Notes: generated by a model not told the origin, from the letters alone. A DNA stretch of 64,000 nucleotides from Candidatus Altimarinota bacterium (GCA_963664295.1 OY760935.1:160001-224000); one strand, 5' to 3'. Counted from the first letter of the stretch, positions 1 to 9,310 are shown. Translations and numbers: made by a program.

Positions 1-2
1 TT

Positions 3-1328
3 TGTGATTCTGGTAATTTTGGAGGTTTAACTTGTGGTGATTTTGGTTATCCAAATGGTAATTTAGTTTGCGTAAGTTGCACCTCGATTGATATTTCTTC
101 TTGCTATACATCAAGAAGTGGATCATCTAATCCTGCTGGTAATCCAAATTGGATTTGGAACAATGACGACGACGATGATGATGACAATGAAACTGGCAAT
201 GAAGAACAGGAAGGTGAAAATCAGGAAGAAGAAAACCAAGAACCAACAGAAACACCAGATGAAAATGAGCAAGCAAGTGAAGATGAAGAACAGGAAGAAG
301 AAAATCAAGAAGCAACAGAAGAAGATAATGAAAATAATGAGGAAGAAAATAAAAAAGAAGATCAAGACCAAGTTTCTGAGTCAGAAGAGAGTGGAGAACA
401 AGAAAAGCCAAGTGAATTATTAGATGAAGAAAAAATTCCGGAAAAAATTGAAAATAAAATAGAGAAAAAACCAAGTGAACCAGAACCTGCCACAGCAAAG
501 CCAGAGATAGAGTCAGAAAAAACAATAGAAGATAAGCAAGAAGAACAAAGAGAAAATTTATATCCTGCCGCAGAGGAACAAAAAGAAGCACAAGCAGAAC
601 AAATACATTTTAATTATAATTGGCTATTTAATTTTGAATATCACTTAAAAACTTATAGCAAATGGCAAATAATTGACTCAATCGACCAAACTCCGCTTTT
701 AGCAGGAGAATTAGAAAAAAATAAAACTTATTCACTCAGTGTTTATGATCAAAAAAATCAATTGATTGAAAAAAAAGAAATAAAAACAAATGAAGATGGT
801 GATTTTTCTTACGAAATAGAAAATCAGCTTGAGCCAGGCAGGTACGATGTTGTTTTTGTAGAACAGGTAAATGGTAAACCAAAATTTATTCGTCAGTATT
901 TTTTAAATGTAAAAAAAGAAAAAGAAGAAGATAAAAAAATAAATCTTGGAACAATAAATCCAGATCAAAATTGGCCAACAATAAATATAAAAGCATCACC
1001 GCGCAATGAAGTTTTTATTTATATTGAAGACAAAAAAGGCTTAATAGAACTTTTTGAGGAAAAAGTTGATAATTTTGGCTTAATGGATTTTGAAATTCCA
1101 AAAGATTTACCAAAAGGGGAATATAAAATGTATATAATAGAACTAACTCAAGCAGGAAAAGAAAATTATAAAATCACAAAAGATATTACTTATTTATTTG
1201 AGATAGATGATTTACTGCACGCTACTGCACCCGAAGAAAATAGTAATTATTTATTTTTATATTTTATTTCTTTTTGGGTTTTATTGCTTTTCTTTTCTTA
1301 TCGTTTAATAGTAAAAAATAAAAAATAG
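3..1328 (+). CDS. 5'-truncated surface protein: Cys-rich module, acidic low-complexity linker, two Ig-like beta domains, C-terminal TM anchor
   Basis: Frame is open from nt 3 (CDSGNFGGLTCGDFGYPNGNLVCVSC...NNDDDDDDDNETGNEEQEGE...) and in frame with the listed ORF 762..1328; hydrophobic C-terminal segment followed by KNKK. Confidence 0.75.
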   Translation, partial: CDSGNFGGLTCGDFGYPNGNLVCVSCTSIDISSCYTSRSGSSNPAGNPNWIWNNDDDDDDDNETGNEEQEGENQEEENQEPTETPDENEQASEDEEQEEENQEATEEDNENNEEENKKEDQDQVSESEESGEQEKPSELLDEEKIPEKIENKIEKKPSEPEPATAKPEIESEKTIEDKQEEQRENLYPAAEEQKEAQAEQIHFNYNWLFNFEYHLKTYSKWQIIDSIDQTPLLAGELEKNKTYSLSVYDQKNQLIEKKEIKTNEDGDFSYEIENQLEPGRYDVVFVEQVNGKPKFIRQYFLNVKKEKEEDKKINLGTINPDQNWPTINIKASPRNEVFIYIEDKKGLIELFEEKVDNFGLMDFEIPKDLPKGEYKMYIIELTQAGKENYKITKDITYLFEIDDLLHATAPEENSNYLFLYFISFWVLLLFFSYRLIVKNKK

Positions 1329-1392
1329 TTTACTTGTGAATGTTTTTTAACTTTGATAAAATATTATGATACATTGCCCGCAATATAAATAA

Positions 1393-2835
1393 ATGAAGAA
1401 AATAATTTGCAAATTTTTGGCTTTAATAATAGCAATAACCACTGCTAATTTCTGTGAATTAACAGAAGTTAAAGCTTTGCAAGTGCCTGATTTTATTATT
1501 TATGAAGGCAGATTATTAGATAGTGCGGATCAGCCGATCACAACAGCTTATATGTTTCGCTTTTCTTTGTGGAAAAGCAATGATTTTAATTCTGCTGTTG
1601 ATCTTAATGCTACGGGCGGAATAGACACAACCGCACCAAATTATGGACAATGGCAAGAACAACAAGTGGTGACCCCAAATAGTAAAGGTATTTTTTCTGT
1701 TCAACTTGGAAAAACAACACCTTTCACAGGTATTGATTTTAGTTTACATAAATATTTGCAAGTTGAAATTAAGGCAGTGGCCGACCCAGCTACTGCTTAT
1801 CAACTCATGGATCCTACTGGAGACAATGGCACAGATGCCAATGATCGCAAAGCAGTTGGCTCTTTGCCATATGCTCTTAATGCAGAAAGTGCATACAAAA
1901 GTAATCAAGAAGTTTTTGTTATAGATGCCGACGATACAATAGAAACCGCAGGAGTAGGTGCAATTCAGCTTCAGTTTGGCAATTCTCTTGGCAAGATTTT
2001 GTCGTACGATTTTACTAATAGTTATTTTGATTTTAATGATAGTGTAAATATTCAGGGTGACTTAACTCTGACTGGTCTTATCAATGGTGTTAATATCGCT
2101 CTTGTTCACACACAAAACACAGACACAGGCACAAGTTCGCCAACTTTTGAAATTAATAGTGCTGGAAATAAATTAGTTATTGATACAGCAGGGCTCACAG
2201 ACGATAGAATAGTGACCTTTAATGACGCCGATACTGTTGTGGTGGGTGAAGACAATGTTCAGACTTTGACCAATAAAACAATCGATGGAGATCAAAATAC
2301 ATTAGTAAATATCGACCGTTCTGCATTAAAAAACCAAAATAAAACAATAATTCTTTCACCTGATTATCAAAATATCACCATTTATCAAGATGGCACTGAC
2401 AATAAAGCTAGTATTTATGGCGGTAATGATGGTGATCAGCAGTATTATTTCTTAAGCTCACAAGAAAGCACTCTGCAGGATTTAGACTTAAAAATTGTAG
2501 TTCCTGTGCCAGATGACTTTGTGGCTTGGCAGTCAAGCGCAGTTGTTGGGCAAAGTGATCCTCTGGGAATGGTTATAAAAACCACAACAATAGATCCAAG
2601 CATTACTCAAGTTGATGTTGTTGTTAACGATAGCCTTGGTAATCCTGCCACCTTAACAGGAGGAAGCGACCTTGCTGGTTTTAATGTTGATATTTGGGAA
2701 AGAAAAAACATTGCATTTACTGGTACACCAACTTTTACCCCAGGTGAAAGTTTTTTGCTTACAATAAAAATGCAAGCCAAAGACAATAAAAAAGTTTATG
2801 TTGGCGAAATAAAACTAAATTATATTGGTAAATAA
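1393..2835 (+). CDS. Secreted fibre/adhesin-like protein (YxGRL-type N-terminal domain)
   Basis: Signal peptide; IYEGRLLD...FSLW...GIFSVQLG...YLQVEI...PYALNA motif series; QTLTNKTID fibre-type motif. Confidence 0.6.
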   Translation: MKKIICKFLALIIAITTANFCELTEVKALQVPDFIIYEGRLLDSADQPITTAYMFRFSLWKSNDFNSAVDLNATGGIDTTAPNYGQWQEQQVVTPNSKGIFSVQLGKTTPFTGIDFSLHKYLQVEIKAVADPATAYQLMDPTGDNGTDANDRKAVGSLPYALNAESAYKSNQEVFVIDADDTIETAGVGAIQLQFGNSLGKILSYDFTNSYFDFNDSVNIQGDLTLTGLINGVNIALVHTQNTDTGTSSPTFEINSAGNKLVIDTAGLTDDRIVTFNDADTVVVGEDNVQTLTNKTIDGDQNTLVNIDRSALKNQNKTIILSPDYQNITIYQDGTDNKASIYGGNDGDQQYYFLSSQESTLQDLDLKIVVPVPDDFVAWQSSAVVGQSDPLGMVIKTTTIDPSITQVDVVVNDSLGNPATLTGGSDLAGFNVDIWERKNIAFTGTPTFTPGESFLLTIKMQAKDNKKVYVGEIKLNYIGK

Positions 2836-2840
2836 AACTC

Positions 2841-2869
2841 TTGACAAGAATAAAAATGTATGCTATGTT
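2841..2869 (+). promoter_or_regulatory. sigma70-type promoter
   Basis: TTGACA-17 nt-TATGTT with TGn extended -10, upstream of ATG 2894. Confidence 0.65.
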
Positions 2870-2893
2870 AGCAAACATTTTTATTTATATTTT

Positions 2894-3451
2894 ATGAAAA
2901 ATAAAAGAATTTTATCAAATGAAGCTAGTTTTTTAAGGGAAAAAGTAGCTGGTGATGAAAAAAAATTTCAGTTTGCACAAAAAGTTATGCAAGGATCTAT
3001 TGATGGCTATTTTGGTGACGATCCTGTGCAAAAAGTGTTATTTGAGATAGCCTTAAAGCTGAAAGTGTCAGGCACAACAGACTTGCAAAGTTATTTAGAT
3101 AGTATGTCTTTTAATAAGGAACAATTGCAATTTATTGAAGAAAGACTAAAGGCAGATCTTGAAACAATATTTATAGCAATGTATGCCAACCTAAGAGGTG
3201 AAAAATTGAGAAAAAAATTAGAAAAAATTATGACAATACCTGAGATGGTGCTTAGAAGTGGTGGATTAAAAACTGATAATAAATTGTTCGCGCTAATTGC
3301 TAATCATATACATGCCTTACTTCAAAATGGTTTTTCTTTAGAAGAAGTTCAGGAAATTTTTAAAAATACACAAAAAAAAATCAGTCCTAAACCTAGCATA
3401 AAAGATCAGCTTGACTTAATAGATGAAATTTTTAGTCGTAAATGGCTATAA
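2894..3451 (+). CDS. Hypothetical helical protein (orphan)
   Basis: Long ORF; start moved to ATG 2894, downstream of the promoter. Confidence 0.6.
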   Translation: MKNKRILSNEASFLREKVAGDEKKFQFAQKVMQGSIDGYFGDDPVQKVLFEIALKLKVSGTTDLQSYLDSMSFNKEQLQFIEERLKADLETIFIAMYANLRGEKLRKKLEKIMTIPEMVLRSGGLKTDNKLFALIANHIHALLQNGFSLEEVQEIFKNTQKKISPKPSIKDQLDLIDEIFSRKWL

Positions 3452-3453
3452 GC

Positions 3454-4371
3454 TTAGCTATTTAAATACTCAAGGGATTTTTTTACTTCTTCTTTACTGC
3501 CAATAAAAATAGGTGTTCTTTGATGAACTTCTTTTATTTCTAAGTCTAAAATATTTTGCCCTTTTTCATCTTTTGCCAATCCGCCAGCCTGCTCACTAGC
3601 AAAAGCAAAAGGCGCACATTCAAAAAGCAAACGCAATTTGCCATCAGGATGCTTACTAAAAGAAGGATAAGAAAAAATACCATTACCTTTTGCGAAAATT
3701 TGATGAATATCTGGCACCATACCACCAGAATAACGCAAAGTTAAAGGTTTTTTTTGCCAATAATCAACCAGTTTTGCATATTTTTCATTTTCAGAAGAAG
3801 CACGCAAATTACCAGGAGAAAAAGTTTTTGCAACAGGGCTGATTTGCATATTTTCGTTAGTAATTGAAAATTCACCTAATTCATTCATAGTAAATTCAAG
3901 TATTTTACCCCTAATAGCCATAACAAAAACAGTGCGAGGGCCAAAAATAAGATAACAAGATGCCACCATATCTCGTCCTTTTTTGCCAATAAAATTGTTT
4001 CCCTCAAAAATTCCAAAAATAGCACCAATGCTGAGATTAGTTGTCACAAGAGAAGATCCATCTAAAGGGTCAAAAGCAACAGCAAATTTGCCATTTTTGT
4101 TGATTTGTTCCGCGTCATCTTTTTCCTCAGAGGCAATTACGCTAACAAGCTCAGTTGCTTTAAGGTGATTAGTAAAAATCATATCCGCAAGCACATCTAA
4201 GGCAAGTTGGTTTTCGCCATAAAGATTAGAAGTGCCAGCAAGTCCAAGGTCGCCAGTGCGAATAGCATGAGCAACAAATTTACCAGCTCTAGCAATAGAA
4301 AAAAGCAGTTTAGATAAATCTGGATCAATATTTTCTTTTTCTAAAAAATTATTTAAAAGCTTTGGAGGCAT
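3454..4371 (-). CDS. fbp: Class 1 fructose-1,6-bisphosphatase (SBPase-like subtype)
   Basis: ASEE, FDPLDGSS, LRYSGGMVPD, KLRLLFECAP and HQRTP motifs; start set at ATG 4371. Confidence 0.9.
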   Translation of the reverse strand: MPPKLLNNFLEKENIDPDLSKLLFSIARAGKFVAHAIRTGDLGLAGTSNLYGENQLALDVLADMIFTNHLKATELVSVIASEEKDDAEQINKNGKFAVAFDPLDGSSLVTTNLSIGAIFGIFEGNNFIGKKGRDMVASCYLIFGPRTVFVMAIRGKILEFTMNELGEFSITNENMQISPVAKTFSPGNLRASSENEKYAKLVDYWQKKPLTLRYSGGMVPDIHQIFAKGNGIFSYPSFSKHPDGKLRLLFECAPFAFASEQAGGLAKDEKGQNILDLEIKEVHQRTPIFIGSKEEVKKSLEYLNS

Positions 4372-4447
4372 ATGTTTTAAAAATATATTATAAACTTGCC
4401 ATAAATTGCTTTGTTTTTCAATTAAAACTCTGGCAAAATGCAAACGC

Positions 4448-5239
4448 ATGAGGAGAATACCTATTCTGATTTTGGCACTAGTTTTACTGACTAATACTTG
4501 CCAAGCAGGCGAGTTTTTTAGCTCTGTTTCGGAAAAATTAACACAAACAAAAAGCACAGTTTTTTCGGTTTTTTATTCACAAAATAGCGAAAAAAAAATA
4601 AATCAAAAAATTCGTACAGATTTATCCAAAGAAGAAATTGAAGAACTAAAAAAAGAGGTAGAAAGAAAAAAAATAATTCGAGAAAAAGAAAATTGGCGCT
4701 TAACTGAACATTATTGTCTTTTGCGTTCTGATTATGACAATTTTCTTTTTTGTTTAGAAAAATTAGAAGAGCAAAAACAAGCTTGCGAAGCACAAAAAAC
4801 ATACGGAAACAATATTTATATTTCTTTAAATGACCAGCTTTTGTATGCGGTTAAAAACTGCCAATTAGTTGCTTATAGCATTGTTATTACTGGCAAAAAC
4901 AAAACACCAACTCCAACAGGCACTTTTCATATTTATTCTGCCAGAGGTCCACACTATATGCAGGGAGAATGGTTTGTGAATAAAGCATTTTATTTTTGGC
5001 GTGGTTATGCCTTGCATGATGCTGGTTGGCGCACAGGAAAATACTGGGAAAAAGAATATAGAGCCTATTATGGTTCACATGGTTGTGTAAATTTACCTCA
5101 AAAAACAATGAATATTTTGTGGGATCAGTATGTAGTTGGAGATAATGTTTATGTTTATTATTCACTTCCAGAAGAAATTTTTAGTGAATTAAAAGAAAAA
5201 ATAGGCACTAAAAAGCCAATAATATCCACAGACGAATAA
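4448..5239 (+). CDS. L,D-transpeptidase (YkuD family)
   Basis: Signal peptide; TGK..PTPTG.F and catalytic LHDA...SHGCVNL. Confidence 0.88.
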   Translation: MRRIPILILALVLLTNTCQAGEFFSSVSEKLTQTKSTVFSVFYSQNSEKKINQKIRTDLSKEEIEELKKEVERKKIIREKENWRLTEHYCLLRSDYDNFLFCLEKLEEQKQACEAQKTYGNNIYISLNDQLLYAVKNCQLVAYSIVITGKNKTPTPTGTFHIYSARGPHYMQGEWFVNKAFYFWRGYALHDAGWRTGKYWEKEYRAYYGSHGCVNLPQKTMNILWDQYVVGDNVYVYYSLPEEIFSELKEKIGTKKPIISTDE

Positions 5240-5274
5240 ATAAAAAAATATATTTACTGAAATATGCGCTTTGC

Positions 5275-5303
5275 TTGAAAAAATCGCTTTTTTATGAGAT
5301 AAT
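5275..5303 (+). promoter_or_regulatory. Putative pilB promoter
   Basis: TTGAAA-17-GATAAT with TGn. Confidence 0.4.
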
Positions 5304-5324
5304 ATTATGATTTGAACCTTATTT

Positions 5325-6980
5325 ATGGGCGAAGATAATCAAAATAAAGATCAAAATGGCGTAAAATCTCTGCTTACTGGGCTAAATCAAGAGTTCAAAG
5401 AGCGAGAAATAGCAGAAAAAGCAAAAAATATGAGTATTGGCTATGTTGATTTAACAAAATTGCCAATAAACATAGATTTACTTGATATTATTAGTCGTGA
5501 ACAGTCTATAAAAGCTCAAGTAATGCCATTTTTTAAAGTTGGCAAAAAATTACGCTTAGCTGTAATAGATCCAGAAAAAGAAGAAACAAAAAATTTAATA
5601 AAAGAATTAAAGGAAAAAGATTTTGATATTCATTTAAGCCTTTGTTCTGAAGAATCACTTGTTTTTGCTCAGCAAAAATACAAATCAGAACTTCATTTTG
5701 AAGAAAAAGAACTAATAGCAGAAGACAGCGCAAGAGTTGATAATGTAGCCCAAGAAATAGATTCAATTCGTGAACTTCCAGAAAAATTAAAAGATTTAAA
5801 ATCTGATGAAGCATTAAATTTATTGCATGTTGAGATTTTGCGCTTAAATGCTAGTGATTTGCATTTTGAGCCACAAAAAAATTCATACAGAATAAGAGCA
5901 AGAATAGACGGATTATTAACTGATTTTTTTGATTTAGACCTAAACACAAGCCAAGGTTTAGTAAGGCAAATTAAGCATTTAGCTCGCATGAAGCTTAATG
6001 TTGTGAATGTGCCTCAAGATGGCAAATATTCTTTTAAAGCAACAGAAAGAAGTGTTGATGTGCGTGTTTCCACTTTACCAGCAAAAAATGGAGAAAGTAT
6101 TGTTATGCGTTTTTTAGATCCAAAAAAAGGTTTACTTAGCTTGGAGCAACTTGGTTTTTCAGAAAAAGCATTAGTAAGATTTAGGCAAGCAGTTTCACTA
6201 ACAAATGGTCTAATACTAGCAACAGGTCCAACAGGAAGCGGTAAAACAACCACTCTTCATTCTGTTTTGCACGAAATAAACACACCAGATAAAAAAATTA
6301 TTACCATTGAAGACCCAGTAGAATTTCAAATTCCTGGAGTTGTGCAATGTGAGGTAAAAGAAGATCAAGAATTTACTTTTGCAAGTGGCTTAAAATCTGT
6401 CTTAAGGCAAGATCCAAATATTGTTATGATTGGTGAAATCAGAGATCAAACAACAGCAGAAACAGCAGTACAAGCCTCACTGACTGGACATTTGGTGCTT
6501 TCAACTTTACATACAAATTCATCTGCTGATGCAATTCCTCGTCTTTTAAACATGGGAGTTGCGCCTTTTGTGCTTGCTCCTGCAGTAAAATGTATAGTTG
6601 CACAAAGATTAGTGCGCACATTATGCAAAGACTGCTTGCAATATGAAGAGCCAGAAGAAATTGTATTAAGAGAAATAAAACAAGTTGTTGATAATTTAAA
6701 TAATCGTGGAGAAAAAATAGAATTACCAACAAAATTACCAATAGCAAAAGGTTGTGACAAGTGCTCAAATACAGGCTACAAAGGCATTACAGCAGTTTCA
6801 GAGGTTTTATTTATTGACGCAACACTCGAAAATATGATTTATAAAAATCCTACAGATATGGAAATAATAAAATACGCAACCGAAAACGGCATGCGTACAA
6901 TGTGGGAAGAGGGGATATTAAAAATAATTAACGGAGAAACTTCTTTTGATGAAATTGTCCGCCATATTAACAAACAATAA
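5325..6980 (+). CDS. pilB: Type IV pilus/T2SS assembly ATPase (PilB/GspE)
   Basis: Walker A GPTGSGKTT, TIEDPVE, LRQDP, GEIRD, TGHLVLSTLHTN, tetra-Cys CKDC/CDKC. Confidence 0.92.
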   Translation: MGEDNQNKDQNGVKSLLTGLNQEFKEREIAEKAKNMSIGYVDLTKLPINIDLLDIISREQSIKAQVMPFFKVGKKLRLAVIDPEKEETKNLIKELKEKDFDIHLSLCSEESLVFAQQKYKSELHFEEKELIAEDSARVDNVAQEIDSIRELPEKLKDLKSDEALNLLHVEILRLNASDLHFEPQKNSYRIRARIDGLLTDFFDLDLNTSQGLVRQIKHLARMKLNVVNVPQDGKYSFKATERSVDVRVSTLPAKNGESIVMRFLDPKKGLLSLEQLGFSEKALVRFRQAVSLTNGLILATGPTGSGKTTTLHSVLHEINTPDKKIITIEDPVEFQIPGVVQCEVKEDQEFTFASGLKSVLRQDPNIVMIGEIRDQTTAETAVQASLTGHLVLSTLHTNSSADAIPRLLNMGVAPFVLAPAVKCIVAQRLVRTLCKDCLQYEEPEEIVLREIKQVVDNLNNRGEKIELPTKLPIAKGCDKCSNTGYKGITAVSEVLFIDATLENMIYKNPTDMEIIKYATENGMRTMWEEGILKIINGETSFDEIVRHINKQ

Positions 6981-6983
6981 ATA

Positions 6984-7235
6984 TTATTTTACCTCTTTAA
7001 TATCAAGTGTTGCTCCTGCATCAGCAAGGCTTTTTAAAAAAAGCTGAACTTTTTCTTGAATTAGTGTTGCTCCTGGGATTTTTTCCACAAAAATAGCATC
7101 TTCTGCAACAGTAATGCTATCTATTCCTAATACTCCTTTTGTCACCTCTTCTTCTATTGAGCCAAAAGGTTGATCATTGCCATTATTGATAGTAAGGTCA
7201 TATAGCCGAGTTGTTTCAATTTTGGGATATTTCAT
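6984..7235 (-). CDS. Small hypothetical protein, paralog of 7248..7520
   Basis: 83-aa ORF; shares PKI-x5-YxLxI and LG..V..PG..L..KxQxFL pattern with its neighbour. Confidence 0.7.
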   Translation of the reverse strand: MKYPKIETTRLYDLTINNGNDQPFGSIEEEVTKGVLGIDSITVAEDAIFVEKIPGATLIQEKVQLFLKSLADAGATLDIKEVK

Positions 7236-7247
7236 TTTAACCTTGAA

Positions 7248-7520
7248 TTATTTAGTTTCTATTTCGCCAATAACAAGATTAAATTTTTCTTGATCAATAT
7301 TGCTAAGAAAATCTTGCATTTTACTTTTCATCAAAGCTTCTCCTGGTACGCCACCAACAAGAAGAGTTCTGTTAAGTGCTTGTAAATTTTCTAATCCTAA
7401 GTTTGCCATCATAAAACTTCTTGCGTTAGTAATAATTTTTTCTGCTTCTGCAGTTTCAGGGTCTTTAGGTGAAATAATAAGATTATATTTTTTTTCAGCA
7501 TCGATTTTAGGGATTGTCAT
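7248..7520 (-). CDS. Small hypothetical protein, paralog of 6984..7235
   Basis: 90-aa ORF; TTGACA on the minus strand at 7566-7571 upstream. Confidence 0.7.
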   Translation of the reverse strand: MTIPKIDAEKKYNLIISPKDPETAEAEKIITNARSFMMANLGLENLQALNRTLLVGGVPGEALMKSKMQDFLSNIDQEKFNLVIGEIETK

Positions 7521-7609
7521 ATGTTTTAAAATAAGGGCAAATAATATTCACTATTATTGTAAATTTGTCAAGAGTAAAAAAATATAAACACAAAAATCAG
7601 ACCTTTTAC

Positions 7610-7638
7610 TTGAGAAAAGAGGCTTATTTTGATATAAT
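7610..7638 (+). promoter_or_regulatory. Promoter of the prgI-like operon
   Basis: TTGAGA-17-TATAAT with TGn. Confidence 0.6.
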
Positions 7639-7664
7639 AATATGAATATATAGAAACCAAAAAA

Positions 7665-8567
7665 GTGCTTCAATACAAAATTCCACAAAATGTGCAAATT
7701 GAAGACCGCATAACTTCATTTTTAACAGTAAGACAACTGATTATTTGCGCTATTGGCGGTGGGATTATATATATGATTTATATTTGGCTTTCAAAGTATT
7801 ACTACGCAGAAGTTTGGCTACCGCCAGTTTTTATTCTTAGCGCAATCACTCTTGCTGTTGCATTTGTAAAAATAAATGGACTAACTTTTACAAAATGGAC
7901 ATTGCTTTTTTTGGAACACATGATCAACCCAAAAAAAAGAGTTTGGGATAACACAAAAACAAATGAATTGTTTTTTAGTTTTGTGACCAGCAAAAGAACA
8001 ACAAAAAAGAAAGAAGCAAAAAAAGAGCAAGAGTTAGAAGAAAAAGACTTCACAGCCTTGGAAGAAATCACAGCAAGATTAGACAGCAATCCATTTGAAA
8101 ACATAAAAAAAACAGAAAAAAAACAAGAAGTAGCAAAAAAAGAAAATTTTTCAGACCATAGTATCTTACTTGATGACAAAGAACGAGAAAGACATGAGCA
8201 AAGGCTAGAAGAAGCAATATTAGCAAATATAAAACCGAAAAATCCTCAAAAAATAAAAAAATCACTACAGGAAAAAATCACAAAAACACCACAAAAAGAA
8301 GCAAAAATCGAAATAGAACACGAAATAAAACCTTTAAAAAGCACAGCCTCTGTACAAAAAAGAGAATTTGCAATACCAGAAATAGCAACAACAAACCCAC
8401 AAACAACAATAAAACCACAGACAGCAAGTCGTTTTCGTCCAGTTCGTGAGAAAAAAATAAACACAGTAGAAAAACCGCAAGTACCAGAAGACCACAAAGA
8501 AATGCTTAGTAAAAAAGGCGAAAAAGAAATTAAAGTAAATTTTGTTCCCAAAAAAGATGAACGATAA
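7665..8567 (+). CDS. PrgI-family membrane protein (VirB3-like) with long charged C-terminal tail
   Basis: QYKIPQNVQIEDRI..LTVRQL, two TM helices, P(K)KRVW motif. Confidence 0.8.
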   Translation: MLQYKIPQNVQIEDRITSFLTVRQLIICAIGGGIIYMIYIWLSKYYYAEVWLPPVFILSAITLAVAFVKINGLTFTKWTLLFLEHMINPKKRVWDNTKTNELFFSFVTSKRTTKKKEAKKEQELEEKDFTALEEITARLDSNPFENIKKTEKKQEVAKKENFSDHSILLDDKERERHEQRLEEAILANIKPKNPQKIKKSLQEKITKTPQKEAKIEIEHEIKPLKSTASVQKREFAIPEIATTNPQTTIKPQTASRFRPVREKKINTVEKPQVPEDHKEMLSKKGEKEIKVNFVPKKDER

Positions 8568-9264
8568 AACAGTAAGACAACGCAAAACCAGTCCACAGGC
8601 AACAACACAGGTTTTTATGCCAGTTTCAGAAGTAAAAGACAGCACATTGGTATTAAAAAATGGTGGAATTAGAGCAGTTTTGCAGACATCAAGCGTAAAT
8701 TTCAATCTCAAATCAGAACAAGAGCAAAATTCAATTATTTATGGTTTTCAGAACTTTTTAAATAGTGTTGATTTTCCTGTGCAAATTGTTGTGCGCAGTA
8801 AAAAACTAGATATTGATAATTATCTTGAAAATCTCACAGACATAGCAGAAAAACAGGAAAATCCATTACTTAGAAAGCAGTCTTTTGAATACATAGAATA
8901 CATTAAAAAATTAGTAGAATATGCAGATATTATGGAAAAGAAATTTTTTGTAATTGTGCCCTATGATCCCCTAAGAGCAAAAACTCAAGGAATGTGGAAG
9001 ACTTTTTGGCAGGGAATTCACCCAGCTGATTCTTTGGAAGCAATTCGCCAAAGACACAGAGAGTTTTCTTCACTTAAAAAAGGCTTAGACACAAGAGTAA
9101 ATTTAGTAAAAGCAGGACTAGAAGGTTGTAATTTAAGAGTAGAAAGATTAAACACAAAACAATTGGTAGAATTGTTTTTTCAGATTTACAATCCAGACAC
9201 AGCGCGTAATCAAAAAATAAAAGGCAAAGATGGCTTTGAAGCATTAGATATTCTCCCAACCTAA
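8557..9264 (+). CDS. TraC/VirB4 N-terminal-like protein that accompanies PrgI in CPR genomes
   Basis: LKNGG.RAVL...SVNF.LKS.EQ, FLNS.DFP.QI...S, F.V.VPY, L.T..L.ELF...YNP; no Walker A motif. Confidence 0.7.
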   Translation: MNDKTVRQRKTSPQATTQVFMPVSEVKDSTLVLKNGGIRAVLQTSSVNFNLKSEQEQNSIIYGFQNFLNSVDFPVQIVVRSKKLDIDNYLENLTDIAEKQENPLLRKQSFEYIEYIKKLVEYADIMEKKFFVIVPYDPLRAKTQGMWKTFWQGIHPADSLEAIRQRHREFSSLKKGLDTRVNLVKAGLEGCNLRVERLNTKQLVELFFQIYNPDTARNQKIKGKDGFEALDILPT

Positions 9265-9281
9265 GTCAAGACGTGATTTGA

Positions 9282-9310
9282 AAGATAACATAAAAAATAT
9301 AATTTGTCAA
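9282..9310 (-). promoter_or_regulatory. Consensus sigma70 promoter pointing antisense into the TraC-like gene
   Basis: Minus strand TTGACA-17-TATCTT with TGn. Confidence 0.5.

Noticed and set aside
88-591. ORFs 88..423 (+), 123..371 (-) and 127..591 (-)
   Set aside because: Shadow frames of the GAA-rich acidic linker of the real gene in frame 3..1328
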